Notes: generated by a model from the sequence alone, not told the origin. DNA of 32,000 bases from Candidatus Uzinura diaspidicola str. ASNER (GCA_000331975.1 CP003263.1:150001-182000), one strand, 5' to 3'; positions 1 through 8,614 are shown, counted from the stretch's first letter. Numbers and translations: made by a program.

Positions 1-383
1 AGGGTAATGCTATGAGAGGTAATATGCTTTCTTTTGGCACTTTTGGATTAAAAAGCTTAGAGTCCAATTTTATTACCTCTCGTCAAATTGAAGCAGCACG
101 TGTAGCAGCTACACGCTATATTAAACGAGAAGGCCAATTGTGGATTAATATTTTCCCAGATAAACCACTTACAAAAAAACCACAAGAAGTAAGGATGGGA
201 AAAGGAAAAGGTATAGTAGAATTATGGGTAGCTACTGTAAAACCTGGTCGTATTTTATTTGAGTTGAGTAGCAATATTACATTAGACAACGCAAAAGAAG
301 CTTTACGTCTAGCTGCTCAAAAACTACCTATAAAAACTAAATTTATCATTTCTAATGATTATACGTTTTCAAACTTAATTTGA
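1..383 (+). CDS. rplP: 50S ribosomal protein L16, 5' end outside the window
   Basis: The reading frame (codons from nt 3) is open to the window edge. The translation ...[16 protein letters not shown]...[44 protein letters not shown] is a typical L16. It sits at the operon position before S17. Confidence 0.95.
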   Translation, partial: GNAMRGNMLSFGTFGLKSLESNFITSRQIEAARVAATRYIKREGQLWINIFPDKPLTKKPQEVRMGKGKGIVELWVATVKPGRILFELSSNITLDNAKEALRLAAQKLPIKTKFIISNDYTFSNLI

Positions 384-406
384 AGAATTCTTATATTCAG
401 CTTAAT

Positions 407-661
407 ATGAAAAGAAATTTAAGAAAAGAAAAAATTGGGCTAGTAACCAGCAATAAAATGAATAAAACTATTATTGTATCTGAAACTAAACGTGTAAAAC
501 ATTCTACTTATCTGAAACCTATATCTATAACTAAAAAATATATAGCTCACGATGAAAATAATAGTTGTAATATAGGAGATTTAGTTCAATTAATGGAGAC
601 ACGACCACTAAGCAAAAGTAAACGTTGGAGATTATTTGGGATAATAGAAAAAGTTAAATAA
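407..661 (+). CDS. rpsQ: 30S ribosomal protein S17
   Basis: The ATG at 407 gives [32 protein letters not shown]..., a typical S17 N-terminus. The TTG start at 380 in the ORF track overlaps rplP and is unlikely. Confidence 0.92.
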   Translation: MKRNLRKEKIGLVTSNKMNKTIIVSETKRVKHSTYLKPISITKKYIAHDENNSCNIGDLVQLMETRPLSKSKRWRLFGIIEKVK

Positions 662-662
662 A

Positions 663-1031
663 ATGTTACAACAAGAATCTATACTTAGAGTAGCTGATAA
701 TACAGGTGCAAGAAAAGTATTACTTATTCGTGTTTTAGGGGGGGGGAGGAAACGGTTTGCCTGCATAGGAGACCGTATAGTAGTTTCAGTAAAAGAAGCT
801 ATCCCATCAGGTAATATTAAAAAAGGAGAAATTTCTAAGGCAGTTGTTGTTCGTACAAAGAATAAGATTCATCGTAAAGATGGATCTTATTTATCTTTTG
901 ATGATAATGCTTGTGTTCTTATTAACACTTCAGGAGAAGTTAAGGGGACTCGTATTTTTGGACCAGTGCCTAGAGAATTAAGAGAGAGACAATATATGAA
1001 AATTATTTCATTAGCATCTGAAGTACTTTAA
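663..1031 (+). CDS. rplN: 50S ribosomal protein L14
   Basis: [27 protein letters not shown]...KAVVVRT... is a canonical L14. Operon order supports the call. Confidence 0.97.
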   Translation: MLQQESILRVADNTGARKVLLIRVLGGGRKRFACIGDRIVVSVKEAIPSGNIKKGEISKAVVVRTKNKIHRKDGSYLSFDDNACVLINTSGEVKGTRIFGPVPRELRERQYMKIISLASEVL

Positions 1032-1322
1032 ATGTTAAAAATTAAAGTAGGAGACAAAGTTATTGTTTTAAGTGGACAATATAAAGGAGTTAAAGGGAAG
1101 GTAATTAGGATTCTGCCTAAAGATAATAAAGCAATAGTAAAAGGTATTAATTGTAAAAGTATGGGTGGAGTTGGACAAGAATCTCCTATTTATCTAAATA
1201 AAATAGCACTTATCGATCCTATAAATGGAAAACCAACAAGAATAGGATTTGAATTTAAAAATGGAATAAAACATAGGATAGCAAAACGCTCAGGTACAGA
1301 ACTAAAAAAGAATTTAAAATGA
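1032..1322 (+). CDS. rplX: 50S ribosomal protein L24
   Basis: KOW-type N-terminus [24 protein letters not shown]. It lies between rplN and rplE and its stop overlaps the rplE start (ATGA). Confidence 0.93.
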   Translation: MLKIKVGDKVIVLSGQYKGVKGKVIRILPKDNKAIVKGINCKSMGGVGQESPIYLNKIALIDPINGKPTRIGFEFKNGIKHRIAKRSGTELKKNLK

Positions 1323-1867
1323 CTTATATTCCAAGAATAAAAATATTGTATAAAGAAAAAACTAAAGTCTTTATAGACGAGAATAAATATTCTTCGTCTA
1401 TGCAAATACCAAAACTACAAAAAATTGTTTTAAACAAAGGTATTGGAGGTTTTTTTGAGGATAAAAAAATGATAGAACATGCTATTGAGGAAGTCAGTGC
1501 AATAGCTGGACAGAGAGCTGTTATTTGTCTTTCTAAGAAAGATGAGGCTGGCTTTAAATTGCGTAAAGGAATTCCAATAGGAATTAAAGTTACTCTAAGA
1601 AGAGATAAAATGTTTGAATTTTTAGATCGTCTTATTACTATAGCAATACCAAGATTACGGGATTTTAATGGAATTAGTAATAAAGGTTTTGATGGATATG
1701 GAAATTATACGATGGGAATATCGGAACAAATAATTTTTCCAGAGATATCTATTGAAAAAGTTAAACAAATTTCTGGTTTGGATATTACTTTTGTAACATC
1801 AGTTAAAAATAATAAAGAGGCATTCTCTTTATTGAAACATCTTGGATTACCTTTTAAAAATGGCTAA
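1319..1867 (+). CDS. rplE: 50S ribosomal protein L5
   Basis: 182 aa containing ...[13 protein letters not shown]...[42 protein letters not shown]... Confidence 0.96.
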   Translation: MTYIPRIKILYKEKTKVFIDENKYSSSMQIPKLQKIVLNKGIGGFFEDKKMIEHAIEEVSAIAGQRAVICLSKKDEAGFKLRKGIPIGIKVTLRRDKMFEFLDRLITIAIPRLRDFNGISNKGFDGYGNYTMGISEQIIFPEISIEKVKQISGLDITFVTSVKNNKEAFSLLKHLGLPFKNG

Positions 1868-2129
1868 AGAATCTATAAAAGCACGAGAAATTAAACGTAA
1901 AAAATTGTGTTCTAAATACGAGAAAAAGCGTAACGAACTAAAAAAATCCAGAGATTATGATGCCTTACAAAAACTACCTAAAAATTCATGTACTGTTCGG
2001 TTGCGAAATAGATGTAAACTAACAGGACGTTCTAGAGGTTATATGCGTAAGTTTGGTGTTTCTCGTATTTCTTTTAGGAATCTTGTAAACTTTGGTTTAA
2101 TTCCTGGTGTCAAAAAATCAAGTTGGTAA
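1860..2129 (+). CDS. rpsN: 30S ribosomal protein S14 (long, non-zinc form)
   Basis: The ATG at 1860 gives [16 protein letters not shown]...[27 protein letters not shown]...W. The ORF-track start at 1842 is an N-terminal over-extension into rplE. Confidence 0.93.
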   Translation: MAKESIKAREIKRKKLCSKYEKKRNELKKSRDYDALQKLPKNSCTVRLRNRCKLTGRSRGYMRKFGVSRISFRNLVNFGLIPGVKKSSW

Positions 2130-2135
2130 AAATAT

Positions 2136-2531
2136 ATGTATACTGATACTATCGCTGACTTTTTAACACGAATAAGAAATGCATTAAGTGCAGGACATCG
2201 TGTGGTGAAAATTCCTTCTTCAAAATTTAAAAAAGAGATTACTAAGATATTGTTTAATCAAGGATATATTTCAAATTATAGATTTGAAAATAGTGATTAT
2301 CCACAAATAAAAATTGCTTTAAAATATGATAGTCTTACACATTCACCAGTAATAAGGTCTATTAAACGTATTAGTAGACCTGGTCTAAGAAAATATAGTT
2401 CTTGTAATAAGTTACCGCGTATATTGAATGGACTAGGTATCGCAATTATATCTACTTCAAGTGGAATAATGACAGAAAAAACCGCAAGAAAAAAAACCCT
2501 TGGAGGAGAAATAATTTGTCATGTATATTAA
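2136..2531 (+). CDS. rpsH: 30S ribosomal protein S8
   Basis: MYTDTIADFLTRIRNALSAGHRVVKIPSSK...GGEIICHVY is a typical S8. Confidence 0.96.
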   Translation: MYTDTIADFLTRIRNALSAGHRVVKIPSSKFKKEITKILFNQGYISNYRFENSDYPQIKIALKYDSLTHSPVIRSIKRISRPGLRKYSSCNKLPRILNGLGIAIISTSSGIMTEKTARKKTLGGEIICHVY

Positions 2532-2532
2532 A

Positions 2533-3084
2533 ATGAGTAGAATTGGAAAAAAACCAATATCGATTCCTCTTGGAATAACTTTAGAAATTAAAAATCATAC
2601 CATCATAGTACATGGCCCTTTAGGAGTTTTGAGTCAAAGAATTTCTTCACGTCTTCAATTAGAATTTAAGAAGAATAACCAAGAAATAAAATTAAAAATC
2701 TTTACTTTTAGTAAAGAAGATCGTTCTTTACATGGGCTTTATCGATCATTGATTCAAAATATGTTTGTTGGAGTAACACAAGGATTTACTAAGGAGCTTG
2801 AATTAGTAGGAGTAGGATATAGGGTATCTATTCAAGGACAACGATTAGAGATTACTTTAGGATTGTCACATAATATAATAATGGAAACGCCTACGGAAAT
2901 AAAAATGGAAACTAAGTCAGAAAAAGGTAAAAATTCTATAATAATACTTAAATCGCATAACAAACAGTTACTTGGAAGTGTAGCAGCTAAAATTCGTTCC
3001 TTTAAAAAACCTGACCCTTATCAAGGAAAAGGTATTCGTTATATAGGAGAGGAAGTAAGAAAAAAAGTTGGTAAATCTGCTTAA
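2533..3084 (+). CDS. rplF: 50S ribosomal protein L6
   Basis: The ATG at 2533 gives MSRIGKKPISIP...PDPYQGKGIRYIGEEVRKKVGKS. The ORF-track start at 2521 overlaps rpsH. Confidence 0.95.
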   Translation: MSRIGKKPISIPLGITLEIKNHTIIVHGPLGVLSQRISSRLQLEFKKNNQEIKLKIFTFSKEDRSLHGLYRSLIQNMFVGVTQGFTKELELVGVGYRVSIQGQRLEITLGLSHNIIMETPTEIKMETKSEKGKNSIIILKSHNKQLLGSVAAKIRSFKKPDPYQGKGIRYIGEEVRKKVGKSA

Positions 3085-3089
3085 TTAAG

Positions 3090-3434
3090 ATGAATGAAAA
3101 GAAAAAAAGAAGACAAAGAATGAAGTATATTTTTCGTAAAAGAATTTACGGAACTAACTATAGACCTCGTTTATCTGTCTTTAGAAGTAATAGAGAAATA
3201 AGTGTACAAGTGATTAACGATATGAAGGGAGAGACACTGGCTACAGTAACAACAATGGGAAAAAAAATACAAGGTACTAAATCTGAAAAAGCTAGGATTG
3301 TAGGAAAACAAATAGGTAAACATATCTTAGATCTTGGTATTAAAGAAGTTGTTTTTGATAGGAATGGCTATCTGTATCATGGACGTATAAAAGCTCTAGC
3401 TGAGGCAGCTAGAGAAATTGGATTAAAATTTTGA
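3090..3434 (+). CDS. rplR: 50S ribosomal protein L18
   Basis: ...RPRLSVFRSNREISVQVINDMKGETLA...VVFDRNGYLYHGRIKALAEAAREIGLKF. Confidence 0.95.
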   Translation: MNEKKKRRQRMKYIFRKRIYGTNYRPRLSVFRSNREISVQVINDMKGETLATVTTMGKKIQGTKSEKARIVGKQIGKHILDLGIKEVVFDRNGYLYHGRIKALAEAAREIGLKF

Positions 3435-3435
3435 T

Positions 3436-3960
3436 ATGTTTAAAAATAAAGTTAAACTTACAGAAAACGATAAGAAGATTTCTCGAATTATAACTATAGA
3501 TCGTGTAGTAAAAGTTACTAAGGGAGGAAGAGATTTTAGTTATCGTGCATTAGTAGTAGTAGGAAATCAAGATGGAATTATTGGGTATGGAGTAGGAAAA
3601 TCAAAAGATTTTTCTGAAGCTGTATCGAAGGCAGAAGAAAATGCTCTTAAAAATCTTTTGAAACTGTCTTTTTTTAGTAATTGCCCTAAAAAAAGTATAC
3701 CACATGAAGAAGAAGCATGTTATTCAGGGGCTCGTGTCTTTCTTAGGCCAGCTTCAGAAGGAACTGGCATAATTGCAGGTGGCTCTGTTCGATCTGTGCT
3801 AGAAGTAGCAGGATTAAGAAATATTCTTTCTAAAAGTAAAGGATCTTCTAATACACATAATGTAATAAAAGCTACATTTAATGCACTCGCAAAAATGCGA
3901 GATATAAAAACTATATCAAAAGAAAGAGGTCTTTCTATACAAAAACTCTTTAAAAGTTAG
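3436..3960 (+). CDS. rpsE: 30S ribosomal protein S5
   Basis: ...IDRVVKVTKGGRDFSYRALVVVGNQDGIIGYGVGKSKDFSEAVSKA... Confidence 0.96.
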   Translation: MFKNKVKLTENDKKISRIITIDRVVKVTKGGRDFSYRALVVVGNQDGIIGYGVGKSKDFSEAVSKAEENALKNLLKLSFFSNCPKKSIPHEEEACYSGARVFLRPASEGTGIIAGGSVRSVLEVAGLRNILSKSKGSSNTHNVIKATFNALAKMRDIKTISKERGLSIQKLFKS

Positions 3961-3963
3961 AAG

Positions 3964-4143
3964 ATGATAAAATTTAAAATAAAGATTACACAAATTAAAA
4001 GTACTATAAAATGCCCACTGCAACAAAAATTAACGTTTATAGCTTTAGGTTTAAAAAGGCTTAATCATCAAGTTGAACATATATCAACACCTCAGATAAT
4101 TGGAATGATAAAAAAAGTAGAACATTTAATAAAAATAGAATAA
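3964..4143 (+). CDS. rpmD: 50S ribosomal protein L30
   Basis: Not in the ORF track (59 codons). My own translation is MIKFKIKITQIKSTIKCPLQQKLTFIALGLKRLNHQVEHISTPQIIGMIKKVEHLIKIE*, which matches the L30 pattern (..Q.kS.Ig.p..qk.tl.aLGL.k.n..ve...tP...GM..kV.hLv). It sits at the position between rpsE and rplO. Confidence 0.9.
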   Translation: MIKFKIKITQIKSTIKCPLQQKLTFIALGLKRLNHQVEHISTPQIIGMIKKVEHLIKIE

Positions 4144-4145
4144 AA

Positions 4146-4574
4146 ATGCCTCTTGGTTCTATGAAAAAAAGAAAAAGAATTGGTCGTGGTCAAGGTTCAG
4201 GGAAAGGAGGGACCTCAACAAGAGGTCATAAAGGTGCTAAGTCTAGATCAGGGTTTTCCGATAAATTAGGTTTTGAAGGAGGACAATTACCTATTCAACG
4301 ACGAATTCCTAAATTTGGGTTTAAAAAAAACAAAAAATCATATTTTTGCATAAAAATAGATTTACTGCAATCTTATGTAAAGAATAGAATCTTATTCAGA
4401 GAAGTAACACCAGAAATTCTTAAAAAAGCAATCTATATATCAAAGCATGATTTTATTAAAATAATTGGATATTGCCTTCTTACAGAATCTTTAAAGGTTT
4501 CTGCTCATAAATTTAGTAAATCTTCTATTGAATCTATTAAAAGTGCAGGAGGCGAGGTAATTCACATTTTATGA
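4146..4574 (+). CDS. rplO: 50S ribosomal protein L15
   Basis: ...KKRKRIGRGQGSGKGGTSTRGHKGAKSRSG...GFEGGQLPIQRRIPKFGF... Confidence 0.95.
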   Translation: MPLGSMKKRKRIGRGQGSGKGGTSTRGHKGAKSRSGFSDKLGFEGGQLPIQRRIPKFGFKKNKKSYFCIKIDLLQSYVKNRILFREVTPEILKKAIYISKHDFIKIIGYCLLTESLKVSAHKFSKSSIESIKSAGGEVIHIL

Positions 4575-5503
4575 GAAGACGGATAGAGGAAAATCTATTG
4601 AAGAAAAACTAATTATGTTTTATTTTTTATTGTTAATAGTTTGGCAACTTACATTCCCTCTGCTGGAGTATCTTTTAAGTAGATAATAAATCAAAGTACT
4701 AATTTTTAGTAATGCCTCTATTACTTTAGTAATTATGCCTTATATTTCTTCATCTATTTTTATACAGTTTATAAGTTTTGCGTTTACATTTTTATCTATA
4801 GTGAATAGAGAAATAAAGTATTTTAATCGTTGCCAAACTATAGTAAAATGCTTACTTCAATCTCCTGTTTACCTTATTGCATTGACTTCTAAATTTTTAC
4901 CTCTATATGCCTAAAGCGTATATTTTAGATTTAAGTGATTCTAAAACAAAAGCTTTTTTTTTTAATTTGTATGCCTTATAGGCACTATAGGCACTTTATG
5001 CACTTTATGCACTTTATTTTGTTTGTGGATTGGAGAAAAAATAACAGATAAAGGGATATATAATGGTATTTATTATTATGACAGCTATTATAGCACGTTT
5101 TCCTGAAAAAATTGTAATGGAAGTTAGTAATAGTTTAGAAGTAGGTGATAGGTTTATTCTTTTGTAGAAATTCTTTCTTTTACACTGTATATCATACAAA
5201 TAAAGTTCGTTTACAATATATAAGCTATATTAAGACTAATGATGATATCAATAAGGTCAGTGAATATTAAAAATTACAGCACTCAGGAGAGTGAGGTAAT
5301 TAGATTTTCAGAAGCAATTATGTTACTTAATAATATCAGTAATGATAAATTTCTAAATGGAAAAGATAGTGAAATTGTTTCTAAAAGAACTTTTCCAGGG
5401 GCTATTTTATTAGCCAATATGCTATCCATTTTTTGATGGAGGATCTTCGCTTTTAATTATTGTTGGGGTAATTTTAGATACATTACAACATAATCATACA
5501 TAA
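4571..5503 (+). pseudogene. secY: secY (preprotein translocase subunit SecY) pseudogene: fragmented, multi-frame, about 400 bp shorter than an intact gene
   Basis: It occupies the canonical slot between rplO and infA, and its ATG at 4571 overlaps the rplO stop. Recognisable SecY pieces appear in different frames. 4690-4911 reads ..ITLVIMPYISSSIFIQFIS (GIMPYIsASI.QL motif). 4966-5103 reads ..LWIGEKITDKGIYNGI (WLGE.IT.KGIGNG). 5066-5164 reads VFIIMTAIIARFPEKI. 5239-5433 reads ..RTFPGAILLANMLSIF. 5435-5500 reads DGGSSLLIIVGVILDTLQ (GGTSLLI.VGV.LDT..Q). The pieces are interrupted by TAA, TAG and TGA stops. Confidence 0.88.
4977..5012 (+). repeat. 9-bp tandem repeat, 4 units (TATAGGCAC x2, TTTATGCAC x2), inside the secY remnant
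   Basis: Read directly: tataggcac tataggcac tttatgcac tttatgcac. The repeat is in phase with the local SecY-like frame and encodes (IGT)2(LCT)2 just upstream of LWIGEKITDKG. Confidence 0.85.
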
Positions 5504-5505
5504 TT

Positions 5506-5721
5506 ATGATGAAAAAAAAATTCATAGAAAAAGATGCTGAAATAATTGAGGCATTACCTAATGCCATGTTTCGTGCTAAGTTAGATAGCGGTCATGTTAT
5601 TAAGGTTCATATTTCAGGAAAAATTCGTAAGAATTACATTAAAATCCTTCCAGGAGACAAAGTTAGGACGGAAATTTCCCCATACGATCTTTCTCAAGGT
5701 AGAATAGTTTATAGATATTAA
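5506..5721 (+). CDS. infA: translation initiation factor IF-1
   Basis: ...[65 protein letters not shown]. The start may be 5506 or 5509. Confidence 0.96.
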   Translation: MMKKKFIEKDAEIIEALPNAMFRAKLDSGHVIKVHISGKIRKNYIKILPGDKVRTEISPYDLSQGRIVYRY

Positions 5722-5728
5722 CATTAAA

Positions 5729-5845
5729 ATGAAAGTAAGAACATCATTAAAAAAAAGAGGGTTATATTCTAAAATTGTTAAAAGAAAAGGTCGTTTATTT
5801 GTTATAAATAAGAAAAATCCTAGATTAAAACAAAGACAAGCATAA
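5729..5845 (+). CDS. rpmJ: 50S ribosomal protein L36
   Basis: Not in the ORF track (38 codons). My own translation is [38 protein letters not shown], a typical Bacteroidetes-style L36 between infA and rpsM. Confidence 0.9.
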   Translation: MKVRTSLKKRGLYSKIVKRKGRLFVINKKNPRLKQRQA

Positions 5846-5848
5846 AAT

Positions 5849-6226
5849 ATGACAAGAATATCAGGTATTGACTTACCTAACAACAAAAGAGGGATGATAG
5901 GTTTATCCTATATTTTTGGTATTGGAAAAAGTACAGCAAAAAAAATCCTAGCTGATGCAAGAGTAAATGAAAATAAAAAAGTAAATGAATGGAACGATCA
6001 GGAAATTAATCGCATTCGTAAATCAGTGATAGATAGTGTAAAAACTGAAGGAGAGTTACGATCAGAATATCAGCTAAATATCAAGCGTCTGATGGATATA
6101 GGATGTTATAGAGGAATTCGTCATAGAATTGGATTACCAGTAAGAGGTCAGAAAACTAAAAATAATTCTAGGACAAGAAAAGGAAAAAGAAAAACAGTTC
6201 CTAATAAGAAAAAAGCTACAAAATAG
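5849..6226 (+). CDS. rpsM: 30S ribosomal protein S13
   Basis: [34 protein letters not shown]...[26 protein letters not shown]. Confidence 0.96.
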   Translation: MTRISGIDLPNNKRGMIGLSYIFGIGKSTAKKILADARVNENKKVNEWNDQEINRIRKSVIDSVKTEGELRSEYQLNIKRLMDIGCYRGIRHRIGLPVRGQKTKNNSRTRKGKRKTVPNKKKATK

Positions 6227-6257
6227 GTAAGAGGCTGTAAATAAAATATCTAAAACC

Positions 6258-6638
6258 ATGGCAAAAACAACTGTAAAAAAACCAAAAGTAGAAGTTGAGA
6301 CTATAGGTAATGCTTATGTAGGATCTACTTTTAATAATATTATTATTACGTTAACTAACAAAAAAGGTGATGTAATATCTTCTTGTTCTTCTGGGCAAAT
6401 GGGGTTTAAAGGCTCAAAAAAAAATACACCGTTTGCAGCACAACGTGTTGCAGAAACAGTTGCAGAAAAAGGTTTTAATTCTGGTATTAGAAAAGTATAT
6501 GTTATTGTTAATGGTCCAGGTCTTGGAAGAGAATCAGCTATTCGTTCTCTAAATAAATTTATTTCTGTTATTAGTATTACCGATTGTACACCTTTTCCTC
6601 ATAATGGTTGTCGTACTCCTAAAAAGCGAAGATCCTAA
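6258..6638 (+). CDS. rpsK: 30S ribosomal protein S11
   Basis: ...[46 protein letters not shown]...[19 protein letters not shown]. Confidence 0.96.
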   Translation: MAKTTVKKPKVEVETIGNAYVGSTFNNIIITLTNKKGDVISSCSSGQMGFKGSKKNTPFAAQRVAETVAEKGFNSGIRKVYVIVNGPGLGRESAIRSLNKFISVISITDCTPFPHNGCRTPKKRRS

Positions 6639-6654
6639 TCTTATAAGATAACAT

Positions 6655-7254
6655 ATGGCAAGATATATAGGGCCAAAGACAAAAATTGCACGAAGGTATA
6701 ATGAGCCTATTTTTGGAGAAAATAAATTCACTCATAAAAAGCAATATAAAAGGGTTTATAGGGGAAAAAGATTTAAAAAAAATGACTATATTAGCCAGCT
6801 CTTTGAAAAACAGAAGTTAAAATATATTTATGGAATTTTAGAACGTCAGTGCAGAAAAATATTTAAAAGAGCTTCTAGTATTAAAGGTAATACGGGAGAT
6901 ATTTTTCTACAGTTATTAGAAAGACGTCTTGATAATGTAATATATCGACTAGGGATTTCTACTTCTCGTTCTGGAGCTAGACAATTGGTATGTCATGGAC
7001 ATATAAAAGTAAATGCTCATATAGTAAATATTCCTTCTTACTATCTAAAACCTGGAGATATCATAGAAATTGCTGAAAAATCTAAGAGTCATAATGCTAT
7101 CAAGCAGGCTTTAAGTTCTATTAAAGTTCCAATTGTAAGTTGGTTATCGTGGAATAAAGAGAAAATGCTTGGAACTTTTCAACATCTCCCTAATAGAAAT
7201 AATATTCCTGAAAATATTAATGATCAGTTGATAGTTGAATGGTATTCAAAGTAA
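6655..7254 (+). CDS. rpsD: 30S ribosomal protein S4
   Basis: MARYIGPKTKIARRYNEPIFG...LERRLDNVIYRLGISTSRSGARQLVCHGHIKVN. Confidence 0.96.
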   Translation: MARYIGPKTKIARRYNEPIFGENKFTHKKQYKRVYRGKRFKKNDYISQLFEKQKLKYIYGILERQCRKIFKRASSIKGNTGDIFLQLLERRLDNVIYRLGISTSRSGARQLVCHGHIKVNAHIVNIPSYYLKPGDIIEIAEKSKSHNAIKQALSSIKVPIVSWLSWNKEKMLGTFQHLPNRNNIPENINDQLIVEWYSK

Positions 7255-7260
7255 AATAAT

Positions 7261-8226
7261 ATGTCAATTTTTAATGTGATACAACCAGACCAAGTAATAA
7301 TAAAAAGTGTTACAGATTATGACGGTATTTTCGAATTCAGTCCATTAGAACCTGGATTTGGAATTACTCTAGGGAATTCTTTAAGACGTGTGCTTCTTTC
7401 TTCTCTAGAAGGCTTTGCAATCACTTCTATTAAAATAGAAGGAGTAGAGCATGAATTTACTACAATAAAAGGAGTGGTAGAGGATGTTACAGACATAGTT
7501 CTTAACTGTAAAAAAATACGATTTAAAAAAAAAGTGGAAGGTATTCAAAATGAAGTAGTACATGTTTCTATAAAAGAAAAAGAGAAGATTATTGCAGGAG
7601 ACTTTGGTAGGTTTCTTTCTGGATTTCAAATCTTGAATAAGGAATTAGTTATTTGTAATAAAGAGAAATCAACTCCTTTTAATATTACTTTTGTAATTGA
7701 ACGTGGTAAAGGATATAAGCCTGCTGAAGAAAACAAAGATATCGTCCAGATAGGAGCGATAGCTATAGATGCAATATACACTCCTATAAAAAATGTACAG
7801 TACAAAGTAGAAAATTATCGTGTAGAACAGATAACTTTTTATGATAAATTAATATTAGAAATTAAAACTGATGGCTCTATACATCCTAGAGATGCGCTTA
7901 CAAATGCTGCAATTATTTTAATTAAGCATTTGAAAATATTTAAAAATGAGCGATTTATGTCTTTCGATGTAGATGAAAAAAATAATAATGAATATTATTA
8001 TGAAAATAATTTCCCTATATTAGGTTCTTATCTCTCTGATTTATACTTATCAATAATGGCAAAAAATTGTTTGAAATCATATAAAATGATTACTTTAGGT
8101 AAATTGGTTAGTAAACAAGAAAATGATCTTAAAAAAGTAAAGCACTTCTGTATAAAAACTATGGTAGCTATGAATGCTTTTTTAACTGCCCAAAAAATCT
8201 ATTTTGGTTTAGACATTTCCAAATAG
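7261..8226 (+). CDS. rpoA: DNA-directed RNA polymerase subunit alpha
   Basis: 321 aa. The N-terminal domain reads ...FEFSPLEPGFGITLGNSLRRVLLSSLEGFAITSIKIEGVEHEF. The C-terminal domain is recognisable (..AKNCLKS..) but divergent. It sits between rpsD and rplQ. Confidence 0.95.
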   Translation: MSIFNVIQPDQVIIKSVTDYDGIFEFSPLEPGFGITLGNSLRRVLLSSLEGFAITSIKIEGVEHEFTTIKGVVEDVTDIVLNCKKIRFKKKVEGIQNEVVHVSIKEKEKIIAGDFGRFLSGFQILNKELVICNKEKSTPFNITFVIERGKGYKPAEENKDIVQIGAIAIDAIYTPIKNVQYKVENYRVEQITFYDKLILEIKTDGSIHPRDALTNAAIILIKHLKIFKNERFMSFDVDEKNNNEYYYENNFPILGSYLSDLYLSIMAKNCLKSYKMITLGKLVSKQENDLKKVKHFCIKTMVAMNAFLTAQKIYFGLDISK

Positions 8227-8250
8227 ACATTAGAAAAAAATTACTACTTA

Positions 8251-8610
8251 ATGAGACATAAAAAAAAAATAAATCATCTTGGAAGAAAGGTAGGACATAG
8301 AAAGAATCTGATTGCTAATATGGCTTGTTCTCTTATTACTAATAAGTCTAATAGTATTAATACGACTCTGTCGAAAGCAAAGGAGCTTCGTAAGTTCATA
8401 GAACCACTCTTTACAATAAGTAAAAATAATAATACACATTCTCATAGAATACTATTTTCCTATCTTAAAAGTAAGTTTGCTATTTATCACTTATTTAAGA
8501 ATATTACCCCTAAAATTATAGAAAGGTATGGGGGATATACAAGAATAATAAAAATAGGGTCTAGGTTAGGTGATGGCGCAAAAACCGCTATAATAGAACT
8601 TGTAGTATAA
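8251..8610 (+). CDS. rplQ: 50S ribosomal protein L17
   Basis: [29 protein letters not shown]...[25 protein letters not shown]. Confidence 0.95.
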   Translation: MRHKKKINHLGRKVGHRKNLIANMACSLITNKSNSINTTLSKAKELRKFIEPLFTISKNNNTHSHRILFSYLKSKFAIYHLFKNITPKIIERYGGYTRIIKIGSRLGDGAKTAIIELVV

Positions 8611-8614
8611 AATA

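Noticed and set aside
5239-5436. A 65-codon ORF that might be called as an independent small gene.
   Set aside because: Its C-terminal part (..RTFPGAILLANMLSIF) matches the penultimate SecY segment, and the SecY C-terminus continues in the next frame. It is a fragment of the secY pseudogene.
4571-5503. The idea that secY is intact under an alternative genetic code (for example UGA=Trp, as in some tiny symbiont genomes).
   Set aside because: The interruptions include TAA (4610, 4684, 4687, 4912) and TAG (5165) as well as TGA. Frame changes and about 400 bp of missing sequence are also required. Other genes in the window terminate normally at TGA (for example rplP, rplX and rplO).
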